A DNA stretch of 64,000 nucleotides from Lingula anatina (lineage: Eukaryota > Animalia > Brachiopoda), in NCBI GenBank assembly GCA_051362555.1, contig CM120642.1:32488001-32552000 (forward strand), read 5' to 3'. The position numbers were made by a program, and so were the translations under genes. The notes beneath the pieces are model-generated. The model was not told the DNA's origin. It searched no databases and was given only the letters and a program-made list of their open reading frames with translations. Numbering within the stretch: the stretch's first letter is position 1; each line of letters starts with the position of its first letter. This document shows positions 50,025 through 63,704 of the stretch, one piece after another.

Positions 50025-53000
50025 ATGGCAAGGTTTATACTATTACAGCGTTTAATTGCTGTTGGATTTTTATTTGCAGTCTGTTTATATCTTGTAACAG
50101 TCAAAAAATTTCACAGGGAGGTTCTGAGTAAAGGGGCGCAGAAGGGTGAGTTTATGACGAACTTTGCTTTACTTTGGCTGCAGAATGTCTTGATCTTCTT
50201 CTCCTTCTGTATCTTTCGGGACTGTCCCTTTTCAGGGGTCACCACAGCGGATTATCTGTCTCCACCCACACCGGTTCTGCGCATGGTCATCTTCCACTCC
50301 CGTCTCTTGCATATCCCCTTTGATCGCATCCATAAATCTTTCCACTGGCCTCCTTTGTTTCCTCTCTCCTGGTGGTTTCATTCCCAGCATTTTTTTGTCC
50401 CACATATTTTTCTTTCCGCCGTCTAAAATGCCCACAGCAGTGAAGTATCCACCCCCTTGCTTTGTCACCAAGTTTTGTCATCCCTAGAATCTCCCTCACC
50501 TGATTTCTCACTCTGTTTTTGCATGTAATCCTTAAGTGCCATACGTAAAGAAAAGTGTAGCATCTTCATCCCCCTACTTCCACTTTCTCTTCTTGGTTTC
50601 TTGTTATTGGTACCGTTTCCATCCCTGATACAGCATATATGTTCTTATGCACTGGCGGATTTAGAAAAGGGGGGTCACGGGGGTCCTGACCCCCCCCCCC
50701 CCCCCCCGCCCCTTCGGTTTCTGAATAATACATCACACCGATATTCCCCTCTTGAAATTAGAATTTTGACTGCTATTTCTTAACCGTTCCAAAGGGCACT
50801 GTTAGTTCTCCAAATTACCAAAAAATTTCCGGGGCCCTTGAGCAGGCCCCAAAACCCACATCAAGGGGGCGCTGGTCGGCCTCGCATCCGAGGCCTGTCG
50901 TTCCGGACCCCCTTCAAATAATCCTGGATCCGCCTCTGTGTATGTATGTAATTAGCTCAAAAGTACTAATTCATGAATCTATAATTCTGTTAATATTGAA
51001 ACTAGAGGCACATCAATATGCAACATATTTTGAATCAAGTAATAGCTTCCATAAAAGATAATATACATGTATTGCAATGGTTTCTCAAGGACCAATGTAA
51101 ATCTAATGTAACATTCACTTTGCGTATTTCAGCCTACTCCTCAGATCTGAATGGATATTTACCGATTGAAAAGAATCAGGTAACATTTTTATGAATTTTG
51201 TCAATTCCTTGAAGATTTAACCCTGAAAAAAATTTATACGCGTTCGTGGAATTAGCAGCATATTATAAATCGACTGAGTAGCTTTAGGCGCACTTATATG
51301 TCAAGCAATTCTAGGATGTGAAATATTTGCAGGATTGAGCAGGTTTTAAAAAACAAGCCGTTTACTGCTAGTGATATGATATAATGGATGTTGAAATCTT
51401 TAAAATATACATATGTAAAACATTATCCTTCAAGTCATTATACTGTATGATGTATGAGAACAAACTTTAAATCGGGTTAAGCCAATGTTTTTTAACTTGA
51501 AAGGACTATGATTTTTTTTTTAAATTAAAAATTACATTAAATCACGATATAATTTATCACATTTTTCTTTCTTGAATCAATAGTCTAATTTTTCCACACT
51601 TCTTACATAAAAGTTGCCAAGCAAAAAAAAATTCCTCTCTCCCTCGGGGTGATGGGGTTACACTGGCATGAAGGGTATCTCTGTGACTTAAATCTCGGAA
51701 AATTATTCCTGTTTTTTTTTTTCTTTTAAAGAAGAACTCCAGTCATTACATTTTTCTGCTGTAAAACCTTGGTCCTCACACGATGTATTTAATGACCGCT
51801 ATATACTGCTCCTGAACTGGGGTTGTGACACAAGGTCGCACTTACCTACCAGTATGTCTGTTGACTAACTCCGTTGTCTCCGTTACCCGCTGACTCGGCC
51901 TACAAATAAATAACTGAACGACTTACTTTTTGTCTTCAAACAGCATCTTGTATACCAAAGTCAGCATTCAATAAGTTTATGTCCCTCCTTTTTCCCTCAA
52001 GTGACAAACCACAGCGTTGGAACAATGACTAGAGAATGTGTCAGTCGAGGATTTTGCAGGGTAACTCACACGATGACTACTCAAAGACGTACCGCCATAA
52101 TTGCAAGCATGTTATCTTTTCACTAGAACCTCAATTTTTACCCGGGCATAACCCTAACATTTTTGAGCAGTACTTGTATATATTACTACTGTATCCCCTG
52201 TATCCCGAGTGGTCAGAGCGGGCCCTTTGGGTTATCTCAGGCCCCATTCAAAATAGGGGAATAACTTGTCCGAGGGTCAGATATGGCTGACCATGAAATA
52301 AAAACCATTTGCTTTAAGTATTGTTATTGGTGCGACTGTTGCAAAAGTTTTCAGAAATAAAACGATTCCTTTTTAGACAAGTATGAGTCAAAGTCCATCT
52401 ACGCGTTCTCGATTGGATAATGTGGAACTCAGGGATGTGTCTGTTTTTGGGAACCACCGACAGAAGAAAGGTACAAAATGCTAAGCTGTATCTCTTTTCC
52501 TACTTTACTTCTTCCTTCATTCGGCCTGCACTCTTTCTCTCTCTCTCTTTCTCATCACCTTGCATCAGATCTATTTTCGAATCAACACCTTTTGAAAGAA
52601 AAATGTATAATATGAATGCCAAACATTTTAAGTAAAACAGATACAACCCCTTTTCTGTTTGTTCGTAATGTTTCAAACCTTTGCACTAACTTTTACAATT
52701 GGAGTCAATGCTGAGTTTTAAAGTTTAAATCAAATACTTCAAAGGAAAAACGCTATATTCTTTAAAAGGAAAACTGATCGATTACGTGACCTCTTTACTA
52801 TGACAGTCCAGTCAAATTGGATAATTGCTTTCAAATGCCTTTGTCTCCATTAGATTGTAAAGCATATAATATTAATTAACTTTTAGGTTTCCTTACCATT
52901 GGCATCCCGTCTGTCAAACGACCAAAGGGAACTGTGTATTTGTTGCTGACGATTGCCTACATAATAAACAGGACGTCTCCCAGTGAGAAAGAGAACATTG

Positions 53001-53662
53001 TATTACTGGTATTCCTAGCAAATTTTGATACAAAATATAATGAAAATGTCTTGAAAAATATAAGCGCCAAATTTGATGACTACATCAAAAGTGGATTTAT
53101 TCTAGTGATGCAAGTTCCAGAAAGCAACTACCCCCCATTAGAAAATTTGAAAAGGAATTATAATAATTCTCCGGAGAAAGTAAAATGGCGATCGAAACAG
53201 AATGTTGATTATGCTTTTATGTTTCTGTACGGAAGAAATATTTCAGAATACTATATTCAGATTGAAGACGATGTGATTCCCGCTCTTGGATTCTTCGAAG
53301 ACATACGTGCCTTTATTTTAGCAAATGACAAGACTCCATGGATATGCTTAGAGTTTTCAGTTCTTGGATTCATAGGGAAATTGTTCAAGTCCAAAGACTT
53401 GGAGAAACTTGCAAGGTACTTGATTTTATTTTACGACGAGCAACCTTGTGATTGGCTTATTCTCCATTTCCTAATGTCAATGACTCAGAAGGAACATATC
53501 TACCACAAGCAGTCTTTATTCCAGCATCAGGGTGAATGGTCTTCTTCGGAAGAAAAGTCGAGGAAAGGACCTAAAATAAAGCTTGACATTTACTTCAAAG
53601 ATGGTAAAAATAATCAGACAATAGGTGCAAAAAGAAAAGTGAAAATTAAAATCCCACGTTGA
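50025..53662 (+). CDS. MGAT4C: MGAT4/GT54-like N-acetylglucosaminyltransferase, copy 2, intact, 345 aa
   Basis: Exons 50025-50145, 51133-51179, 52377-52470, 52887-53662 (1038 nt, open). Same exon phases as copy 1. Type II TM anchor, EDD motif, SLFQHQG. Confidence 0.9.
50190..50615 (-). mobile_element. 3' end of an RTE-clade (Rex3/Expander-like) LINE, decayed
   Basis: Translation ...KKMLGMKPPGERKQRRPVERFMDAIKGDMQ..WRQIIRCGDP* resembles the RTE ORF C-terminus, followed by a GAA-rich tail. Confidence 0.8.
50650..50938. mobile_element. MITE family 5
   Basis: TIR cactggcggat...atccgcctctg. Related copy at 58081-58409. Confidence 0.75.
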
Positions 53663-54422
53663 AATTCCCTTTAACCTACGTGGATTTGTCTTAGTGGGTA
53701 TGGCATTAGTATTCGAATTTATTGGGATATCACATGGAGGGGAATTTTATATGTGGGGGATCACTTTAGTTAATTTTGTTCATTTTACTGAAACCTTGCT
53801 CTGATTTCTCATCATCATTATGCCAACATTGCAGAGTTACGCTCGTATATTTTTTTCTGTTCAATTCAAAAGTTTCCATTTACCGTTTGATATCACACGG
53901 GCCTCTATAGTAATATACAGAATTGAAAAGAGGCGGGTAGGGGCGGGGTAGTAGCTTGAGAGTAGACATGTCGCTTGATTGGATGAGATCCCACAGGGGC
54001 CTCCTCTTCAATTTTGTAAACTTTCTAGAGGCCATATCGGAAACAATAATTTTGTAAGTGGCAGCTATCGTCCCCCTGTCCTCATAGAGTATCTTCCAGT
54101 CAGGACGTGGGATTTCACAGACCAATCCCATTCTTTATTGTGGGCAGTGATTAATAAACTCACGCGATTCCAGATAACGGACAAGTTGCTTGTCGTTTAC
54201 AGCTGTATTTGGTGCCAAGTTGAATGATGAAAAAAGTTGAAACAGCTTTGAAACGAGCGGGTTTTTTTATCCGAGTACCATTGACACATAATTGTACCCA
54301 GAAGAAAGACTCGAAATTCACACAGCTGCTGTGGTTGAATGAATATTTTAAACTGCTGTGGTAGACTGAACCCTCAAACACCGTAGGTCGATATTGCTCG
54401 CTTCCATATACAGACACTGTGT

Positions 54423-54692
54423 GAGACTGAATAACTTTGGGTTTCCACACCTAGATCGATCTAACAGGATCGATCCATTTCAAAGGAGTTTCTCGCTAAA
54501 TTGCTTTCAGCTTAAGCGTCTTAGATGTCTTGCATGCCTACTAAAGCTGTTAAACGATAGTTAATTACCCCCTAACAACCTCAGTATGCGTGACAGACAT
54601 CTAAGCCGCTTAAGTTGATTGCAATTTAGCGAGAAACCCCTTGGAGATAGATCGATCCACAGTTAGTACGATAGGGTCTGGGAATGGTCCCT
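54423..54692. mobile_element. Foldback MITE family 1 copy
   Basis: ctagatcgatctaacaggatcg...cttggagatagatcgatcc. Confidence 0.8.
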
Positions 54693-55329
54693 TAAATTAT
54701 CCTTGAGATTTGACAACAGGGTCACAGTAGACAATTGTGTCAAAAATAAGCCAGAGACATATTTGTGAATATCTAGTGAAAGAAATCTGTGACTCTGTGT
54801 TACTGACTAGGTCACTGAATCTGCGTGTCCCCGTTATTGCCTTGTCCGTTCAACGCACTTATTTTTATTTCAATTTTACTGATTGTCTTTGGTAATCATG
54901 AAGGCTCCTATCGGAAATTAAGAAAATCGGAATTTTGAACCACCAGGTACATATAGTTTTAGTCCCGACCGGTATTGTCTGCCGGCTCCGCCAGATATAC
55001 GCCCATAGTTGTGTGATGCAAACTTTATTGTTTGTTGCGGATAGCTGTTACACGTCGCGGTTTGTTGCTGCAGAATGGAAACGTGTTCCTAATTAAGCCA
55101 ATTGCTTTTAGACGACGCCCTTTGAACTCTGCGGCCAGTTCGACAGTCAGCAGGCTTTGCAAGACAAGATAGAGGAGAAGCTGTATTACCCCTGATATTA
55201 ATGCCGCAGATCGTGCTGTAGCCTATCTACAGGACTTTTCACGTTATATTTGCTGGGGTTGTATGTTGAGTGGGTAGGTATGCTTCTGCACGGGTAGGTA
55301 CGCTTCTACACGCTCTCTGCAGGGGGATA

Positions 55330-55455
55330 TCCTCTACCAGGGCGACAGATTGATTTTCCACAGATATTCACAGATATGTCTCTAGATAAATAGACAGTCA
55401 TTTCGGTCGCTTCAGCCAAAATGTCCACAATAATAACTGCGGCCCTGGTAGAGGG
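55330..55455. mobile_element. MITE family 2 copy
   Basis: cctctaccagggc...gccctggtagagg inverted termini. Confidence 0.6.
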
Positions 55456-56818
55456 TAGCACGGGGATAAGATTTTTGAGGAAAATCGAGATAATGTAACC
55501 ATTATCAAGGGTGTACTTATTACGCTTATTTGAATTTATATCATATTATGGCTTGTTTTCAGGGTCATTTTTTTTCCTACGTTCACTCACGTGACTTATA
55601 ACAGCTTGTTGTGTTGCTTAGTGCATGTTTGCTTTGCGTTATTTTCTTAAACTCCTTTCGTAGTGTAGGACGTTCTGTCGTGTAGTGCGTTGCTCAGTGT
55701 TGATACCTTTGTGAAACTTTCCAAAAGCTTGAAAGTTATGGTTTTACTTAGTACTAAAATTTAGTAGATTTATTTTATATTCTTTAGTAGTTTAACCCTT
55801 TTAGTTTGATGTTTTTCTTTGTTTTATAATTGTTTAGACTTACAATGTTTCTTATTTTACGCTTCTTTTGTTGAAGTTTAATCTCACTTTCATTTGGAAG
55901 ACTGTTAAAATAAATTTTGATTACATTAACATATTATTTATGTTAGTTTTTTTCACTAACAATAATAACTCAGTAATTCCATGTGTTCATTCCTTGTTTT
56001 ACATCACTCTTATTATTGATACGCACGCAGCACTCGTTGGTCAAAACTTTCCTGACCGCCATTTTTTTAGTTACAATGCTCAGAAGTCACTCAGCTGCCC
56101 ATCAGTTAAGACGTGCAGGTCAACCGCATCAACTTTTTCTCATCTTATCACATGTACAGCGATGTACAGATACTTAAATTATTTAAGATTCAATATATTC
56201 AGTACTGTAATTGTCCAAGCAGTATTTATAGAACCATAAAAGTTCTCCTGTCAATAACTTGAGAAATAACTTAAAATAAACTGATACTTTACCGGCCTAT
56301 ATTCCGTCTTCTGACTTAATCAGTGCATGGTGCGGTGATATCTGTAACAACTTCCACAATACCCTTCCCCCCTCCCCCCCCCCCCCCCCCCCACACCCTC
56401 TTCCTGCCCCTAATGTGAAGTTTTTTCTCTCTCCTCTCTTGTAACTCCAGAGATTGGGTTGATAATATTGGCATACGGTATAAATAAACAAGTTAATGCG
56501 CTCCAACTTTCTATTCTTATGTTATGTTATCATATTTTCATCCATCTGTTGTGGTTGTGGGCTGTTTTGGAGAAGCGCCATCCAGGTGTCTGGGTAAGCG
56601 CGCGTGATGCGAATAGAAGCTCTCCACGACGAGATCCCTGGCAGGACATGTCTGTGTGTTAAAGTCCTCAATGTGCGATTATTCCCTGGTCATTCAAGAT
56701 ATCTACTTGATTAAAACACTTCGTAGCTGATATTCAGTACCAGTGCTAGAGTAGTTATTGGAGCAAGGAAGCGATTGAGTGGACAGATACATGGACCCTA
56801 CAAGTGGACGAGTTGTCT

Positions 56819-56975
56819 CAGGCCCGTAGTGAGCAATTTCAAAAGGGGGGTTCTTTTTCTGAAAAAGTGGACCCTTTTCCATATGTACCTAGATCAAATT
56901 TTACCAAGAGTGGACCTTTTCCCAGCAAAAGGAGCGGTTCTTTCGAACCCCCCGAACCCCCTGGCTACGCGTCTG
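56819..56975. mobile_element. MITE family 4 copy
   Basis: caggcccgtag...ctggctacgcgtctg, flanked by a tgtct direct repeat. Confidence 0.7.
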
Positions 56976-58080
56976 TGTCTACACTCCTGATCAGGGTGTA
57001 ACGAACGCCTTTAAGTGTCACTGCCACTTAGACTGTAGCTACCACAAGGATAAGTAACTTTAGCCACTCGGGTTCACTTCGCATCAAAGGGAAGTAGGGC
57101 CTACTCACGTAACAGCCTGACGTAAGTAGATAGCCGACAGATTCAGTTCTGAAGGCCTACACGACTAAAATCGAGGTTTATAGTCAAAACCGTCAATGGA
57201 GAGAGGGAGAGAGAGAGAGAGGAATGGGTTTTTAATTGACATTTTCGATGCAATTGTTTATAAATCCAACAAAATTTTTTCTCGTGCGCCCTCGCAGATT
57301 TTCGAGGTAGGCCTATTGTGACAGAGTGGAGAAAACAGTTTGATCAATGTTGAAGAAGTCTACACTTGGAGTACAGTGTACAGTGGTATTGCTGGCCAGT
57401 ATTTCACAAGTCTTCACGAGTTATACATATCCGTATGCAAGCACACTTTCTTTGTAAATCGGTGCACATTCCAAGGGGTCCTCCCAGTGAAGACGGCGTT
57501 GCACCCTTTTCAGAGATAGTCCAAGCGACGCCCCCAACATTCCACTACACGCGTACGCCAACAACGCCCTCTCGATGCCAAGGGCACGTGCCGACAACAC
57601 CTCTGTGATTTTGCGCTGACACCCTGACGATGACATTTCAGAGGAAGCACGCTATCCACGCCCCTGTGATTCTAAATAGCGAGCTGGCAACGAACCTTAG
57701 GTACTACCCTACCCACCCACCCAAATGTGTGAGCAGTACTCTAGTTATTCTAAACTGAATGATTTGTCGATCTCTCCGGCAACGCCTAAATACAATCGCC
57801 GCGGAGACCAGCCATTCGTGGTAGACCTGAAACACGTGTACATGTACGTTGCCTGAGGGTATTTTTTTATATCCGTTTGTGAAGGATTTCATAGACATTG
57901 AACATTTACTTTTCGTATATTTGATTGCATGCGAAAATAAGAGTGTATAAATAACATTACTAGGACAGTTATCACCAGAATTACGCCTCTTCTCTGAGGA
58001 CGAAGTGCGAAGTGACTCGCCCGAAAAGGTAAGCGTAGATCTATTCGTCATTTGCCTCGTCGTTTTGAGCCATCTGACAC

Positions 58081-58298
58081 CAGTGGCGGATTTAGAGGGG
58101 GTGGGGGGTCAGGACGCGTACTGACGTACTGCCCCCCTCCCTCCCGCTTCGATTTCTGAAAAAAAAAATCACACCATTGGTCCCCTCTTGAAATTATAAT
58201 TTTGACTAGCTGAATCATAGTTCTAAATCGTACCAAATGGCACCGTTCGCCCTCTAAAATACCAATTTTTTCGGGGCCCTTAAGCGAAATCCACGCCA

Positions 58299-58351
<53 letters not shown>

Positions 58352-58409
58352 GGGGCGTCGGCACTGCATCTGCGGATCTCCCCTTAAAATAATCCTTCAT
58401 CCGCCCCTG
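58081..58409. mobile_element. MITE family 5 copy containing a (GT)n/poly-G tract
   Basis: cagtggcggat...atccgcccctg. Shares cccctcttgaaatta..attttgact with 50650. Confidence 0.75.
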
Positions 58410-58449
58410 TAACTATTTGTATCAGGCTTCTCTTGTATTAGTAATATTC

Positions 58450-60545
58450 TTATTTATAACTTTGGCATTGTTGTTGCCCTATGAGTCTCCTAACAGCTTG
58501 ATTTATTACACACTCCATCGTTATATAATTCATCTGCATTGGATGTGTTAGACTGTGTATACTACTTGAGTTACCACTCGTCTCTAGTCTATGTTTTCTT
58601 TCAACAAATCTTAATTTTTTGTCAAACGCTTGCTGTGTTTTAGGAAACGGTTTTAAAACACCTCTCTTTTTTATTGATGATACATCGGGAAGGTTTTTCA
58701 ACGTCTGTACATTTTAAACCATAAACTTTGCAACTTCTCATTCCAAAAAATTTGAAAAGTTTTCTGGGTCCTCATATTTTTAATTTGCCTTTATTCATCT
58801 CTTCTACTGCAACACCTGTAAAGTCTTTATATAATGTGTATAATACAGTCATTGCACTATTTCTATTCCCGGTTAATCTACCTTTTCGGTGACTTCAAAT
58901 TGCGTTAGATGTCATAAAACCTTCGTTCATCTTACTGAGGTTATAACTTATACCTTCTACCTTCACTAGGAACACTAGCGGTTTTATATCTATTATTTAG
59001 TTTCATGTACTCTGAACATGGAAACCTAGTGCAAAATGCGTTAGCGGACACCCTTCATCTGCTATTTATCATCATCATCATCATCATGTACCCAGTGCAC
59101 CCAGCTCTTCGGGCTTACAAGACACCTGTTTCATATTATTTTTTGTCTTAAATCAAAAATCCTTACAAAAAATTTTGCTAATTGCCTCAATTTTTTCCAT
59201 TAAATATTTTATATCATTTGTTTGGATACCCAACTTTTCATAAAATGTTTATCTATCTGCTTTATTTTTATATCAGTGGCTGCCAATGGTGCGCGCGTAC
59301 TAACTTACTACATGGTGATACTTGCATATCCATAAACATATCCTGTGCTTCTAATACATAGTCTACTATGGGCACATCCTGTCCTAGCTATTCTACATGT
59401 AAAGTCGTCTATTTCTTTAAAAGCCTCCCTTTTAACGAACAGAACCTTTGCTTCTATAAAGTTTAAAAAAGAGACGTGTTGATATACAGCTCTCTTGCAG
59501 TAAAAAGTAAAAAATATGCAGTAAAAATATTCATAACAACAACAACAATACTACTACTACTACTACTACTACATCAGAATGAAGCTAATCTTAGCTCCAG
59601 TACAACAGCCCCTTACTCCCTGTGGATATTTGCCCAGTTAATGTTTGTCTTAAATTATCTTTCAATCTTTGTTCTATCAAGGACAGTATAGAATTATCTG
59701 ACATATTCGTAAATAATAAATGTATCAGTTCCTTCCGTACACACCTTATCCTATCTATATTTCTGTTAAGCAGATCTTTACAGCACGCTTATGTAATACA
59801 GTTTTTCGAGCAGCGGATTTTCAACCAATATTTAAAGATTCTAAGCTTTCTACTTAGAAGAAGTGGGAATCTCCAAGTTTCATAATCCACTAAGCTTTTA
59901 CTAGTGCTTCTTTTGACAACCAGCATTTTTTAAAAAAAATTCGGATGTAGCTTTTTTTACAACCCTTACCATTTTAAATCCCCATATTTCTGATGCATAA
60001 TATTTAAAAAAATCTCGCGTACGTATCAAATATTGCACATGCGGTGGACACATTATAGTTCAGAATTTTGAACATGCCACTAAAAGCAAACAATGCTTAT
60101 TTACCTTATTCTACTTTTTTTATTTTGACAAAATTTACCATTAAAATTAAAAAGTAAACCAAAATAACTGAACTGATTCGTTCTTTCTAGCTCAACGCCG
60201 TTATATTTCCATGTTTCATCACCCCTCTTCAAAACACCATTGTTTTAACTGTATTTACTGTTGACTTTCACTTTTGTGAGTATTTTTTGCAGGGTAACTT
60301 ATAGTTTGTGTAATCCTTGAGGAGTTTCATAGCATACATAAGTAAGAAAAGATTTATGTTCCGTGTTTCTACACTATCACAATTTTCCGATAAACGAAAA
60401 GTTTCGACATCATTTACATACAAAATGTAAAGTAGTATATAACTGAAACAATATATATTAATACAAGATTTAACACTGCGGTACCGATTTCTAATAATTC
60501 GAAGTAAATTACCTTGAACACCGAGTTTTATCAATTTATTGATTT
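58450..60545 (-). mobile_element. Heavily decayed non-LTR retrotransposon (RT) fragments
   Basis: Residual peptides LIKLGVQGNLLRIIRNRYRSVKSCI, LYILYVNDV and LFLLMYA (just before the usual YADD) resemble LINE RT. May be more than one element. Confidence 0.6.
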
Positions 60546-61623
60546 TTCTTCTCCCTTCTTTTTGTTCTCTATACTTGTAGCAGATACAATATAGGGAACT
60601 GCGGGTCTGTGTTTCTATGGTAGATATCGCCTTTAAGGGACCCCTTCGCATACCCCCTCTTTGTAGACCCATACTTAATTTCTTGGCTTCCATTATCTGT
60701 AATTTACTTTAACTTAAACAAATGCTTTGTCAGCTATAAGGTCCAACAAATCAAGAATGAAAAAATGCTGCAAGTTATAATTACTATTCTCATATTGCAT
60801 AATTTTCATTCAGTTTATATTCTTCTGTTATTGGTTTGCGTGACTATTTACCCCTTTATGAATACCGTTTCTTACTTTTTTCTTAGCGTAAACACCCTAA
60901 AACACGTGTATAATCCAGCCGTAAGTTCAGTAATCTTTGAGATATTTTTCTCACTGTCTTAAGTTATTAATATATTCAAATTTCTATTCCGTTATGAGCA
61001 AAAGGGTTCATTAGCTTTCTAGTTGGTTCATAGACGTTGACAACTCACGTCAGTCTGATTAAGGCCTTCGTCCGGCCGGACCGCAAGCTAACGATCTGAA
61101 TAATATTTTCAGCTTTTGCTAAAAGATAACCTTCTTTGATACATGCACTTGACTTTGAGCTTTTCAGTTGTCATTGCATCAGTCATAGTCAAGATAAGTA
61201 CCGCATTTGTTTATATTACCAAATGGCATGGGGCACTAGTTGTGTTGGACCGTAAAAACTATCCGGACTATCATGTTTCCAAGGAAAACCGGAGGGTTGG
61301 TGATGAAAGTTACAAAAATCATCTGTCTAAAGCAGGGGTTGGTTTTTTAAATTTATCCTGCCCATTAATCTGATTTCAGTAAAACATTAATTCGACACTG
61401 AAGTTTTCAGACGACAGCTGAGTGGAGATGCATGCACAGCAGACCTAAAAAAGCAGTTTTTGCATTGGATTAAGAGAAGATATAGTGAGCCGTCTATTGC
61501 TTAATTACTTACTATTAATATCACTCTGGCGCCTTGGTGAGAAGGATAGATCCATGTTAAACTGTGCAAGAATTTAGCGGTGAGGTCGGGTAGTATTATA
61601 CTGTAATATGCATGAGTCATTTT

Positions 61624-61626
<3 letters not shown>

Positions 61627-61662
<36 letters not shown>
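61627..61662. repeat. (CA)n microsatellite
   Basis: Seen directly. Confidence 0.95.
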
Positions 61663-61669
<7 letters not shown>

Positions 61670-63666
61670 TTTGTAGTGTTATATTTTTATAGTCAAGATT
61701 GTTATTTGGTGTAAATTGTTTAGGTGATTTTGTACTTTTCTAATAATTGTTTCCGACTGTCGGGACTGAGGGGGGGGGGGGGGGGGGGGGGAGGAAGTAA
61801 ATCGTGGATTAAAAAAAAACAAAACAATTTGTACTCTTGCAAATATTTTATAGAGAGTGCAAGGGTTTTACTATGTTGTTACATGTAGAAGTTAACTTTA
61901 TTAGCACATAGCATCGTTTTTATTCTTGGGTTTGTTTTAGTATAGATCTGCATAGTTCGTATACTGTCATAATTTCACCAGTATTAACTTCTACTTGTAG
62001 ATTTAAGGGATCACAGGGTAATACATGATGGGAAGCACGGATAAAGATGTTGAACTTCCACATATAAAATACCAGAACAGAGCTCCTAGGAAACGAATAA
62101 GAGCCAAGGGAGCGAATTAGATCTGAGGGTCATCGTGGAGCCGTAACACGCGTATCCTTTTGCAAGTCTTTGAACCTTAGGAAGTTTATTAAGAGGAAAG
62201 CTGTAGGTAAGGTCGCATTTTCCAATCAAACGCATTTTGCAACTGGTTGCATAGCGTGGCAATACTGGTATAGGCGCATTTTGACAACCCAACCAAAGAA
62301 AAACTTGGATACGCATTTTGAAACCGCGACGCATTTTTGACCAGTCTTCTTTTCTTTTCAAGCACTGGTACTATATAGTGATGCATGAGAAATGGGGTGG
62401 GGTTACCTTGACACCTTATTATGAATGCTGGTGTGGAAAAAGTAAAATAAAATAACTTTTTGTCAGGAAGGAGCATGGGCCCTCTTGAATTATAATGCTA
62501 ATGAAGTTGGAGGGTGAGGTTGTCTCTTCAGTACTGCAGTAGATGATCTATTTTTTCACGTGTAATTCCCCTTATATCTTTCTACATTTAAAATTTACTT
62601 ATCATAATGGTTTGGGGAGAGTTAAAGGAAATTACAGTAAAAATAGAATATCATCCAATCTCAGGGGGCAGCTAATGACATTCAAGTTTTGAAGGGCCCT
62701 TGTTAAGTGTACTTCCCTGATGATTGGTTTATACTAGTACAGGTACGTGTAAATCCCCAAATTTCAAGTTCCTCACTCAACCTCACTTGATTAGGCGTAA
62801 GGCGTCTATCTCCCCCTGTAACAGTAACTGATAAACACTCTACCCCTCTTCTATTTCTCTATAGAACTTTTCACTTTTACAAACCCGTTTCAGTGACCTA
62901 AAAAGCAGAAAATCAAACTTCTTATGGCTGAAAATTAAACTTGTTAATGTGCATTCACATCTTCCTTTCTTTACAAAATGCGATGCGGTTGCAAAATGCA
63001 ACTCTACATTATATTGTACAGGTATTGCAACATTTTTGTACAAAGCACATGACAAGTTCATCAAGATCATTTTAGAGTATCAGTGAGCGTCTTTGTGTGT
63101 CTTTGTGGGAAGTTTTCTTTCATTGTTTTTGTTTTTACTTGGATAGACATCGAAATGGTTTCATATGGCCCAGAGTTAACTTTACCGTTGAGCCAGTATT
63201 ACATTGTATCATTTTGTTTCAAAATAAGATACATTATAACTGATTAAATGGCACTGCATTTAGTCAGTGCAACATTGTATCCCTTTGTTTTAAAGTAAGC
63301 TACAATGTACAAATTTGACCAAGTATTGCACTGGTCCACTCTTTAAAGAGAAAAGCATCTTTTGGGGAGATCCTTTTGGAGACGCAGAACCAAAAAGTTT
63401 TGGGGAGACTTGTGAGGCCTTCACTTTGTAGTATGGATGGCAAAATATGGGAAAACCGACTGACCTACATATCTGCTCTGGTTTTTTAAAGGTTATTGCT
63501 TCTCTTTCTGTGCCTTTGGATTACGTTTTATGATAAGCAAGCTAAATCTCCAATATTTAGATGGTTTGAGTTTACTTGCCTTATTACTGCAATGCATCTT
63601 GTACGTGAATTAAGAGTTTGTGTTGTCTTTAAGGGTGTTCTTTGTTGTCGGTTAAGGGTTGTTATT

Positions 63667-63704
63667 GTCACGTGACCCCCACCAGGTGGCAGCACGCATG
63701 CGCA
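63667..63704. promoter_or_regulatory. Adjacent E-box (GTCACGTGAC), CTCF-like (CCACCAGGTGGCAGC) and NRF1-like (ACGCATGCGCA) motifs
   Basis: Three consensus-quality motifs within 38 bp of GC-rich sequence in an AT-rich background. Confidence 0.55.

Noticed and set aside
62200-62340. Five spaced cgcatttt motifs and overlapping short ORFs
   Set aside because: Irregular spacing and no recognisable protein or termini. Probably repeat debris.
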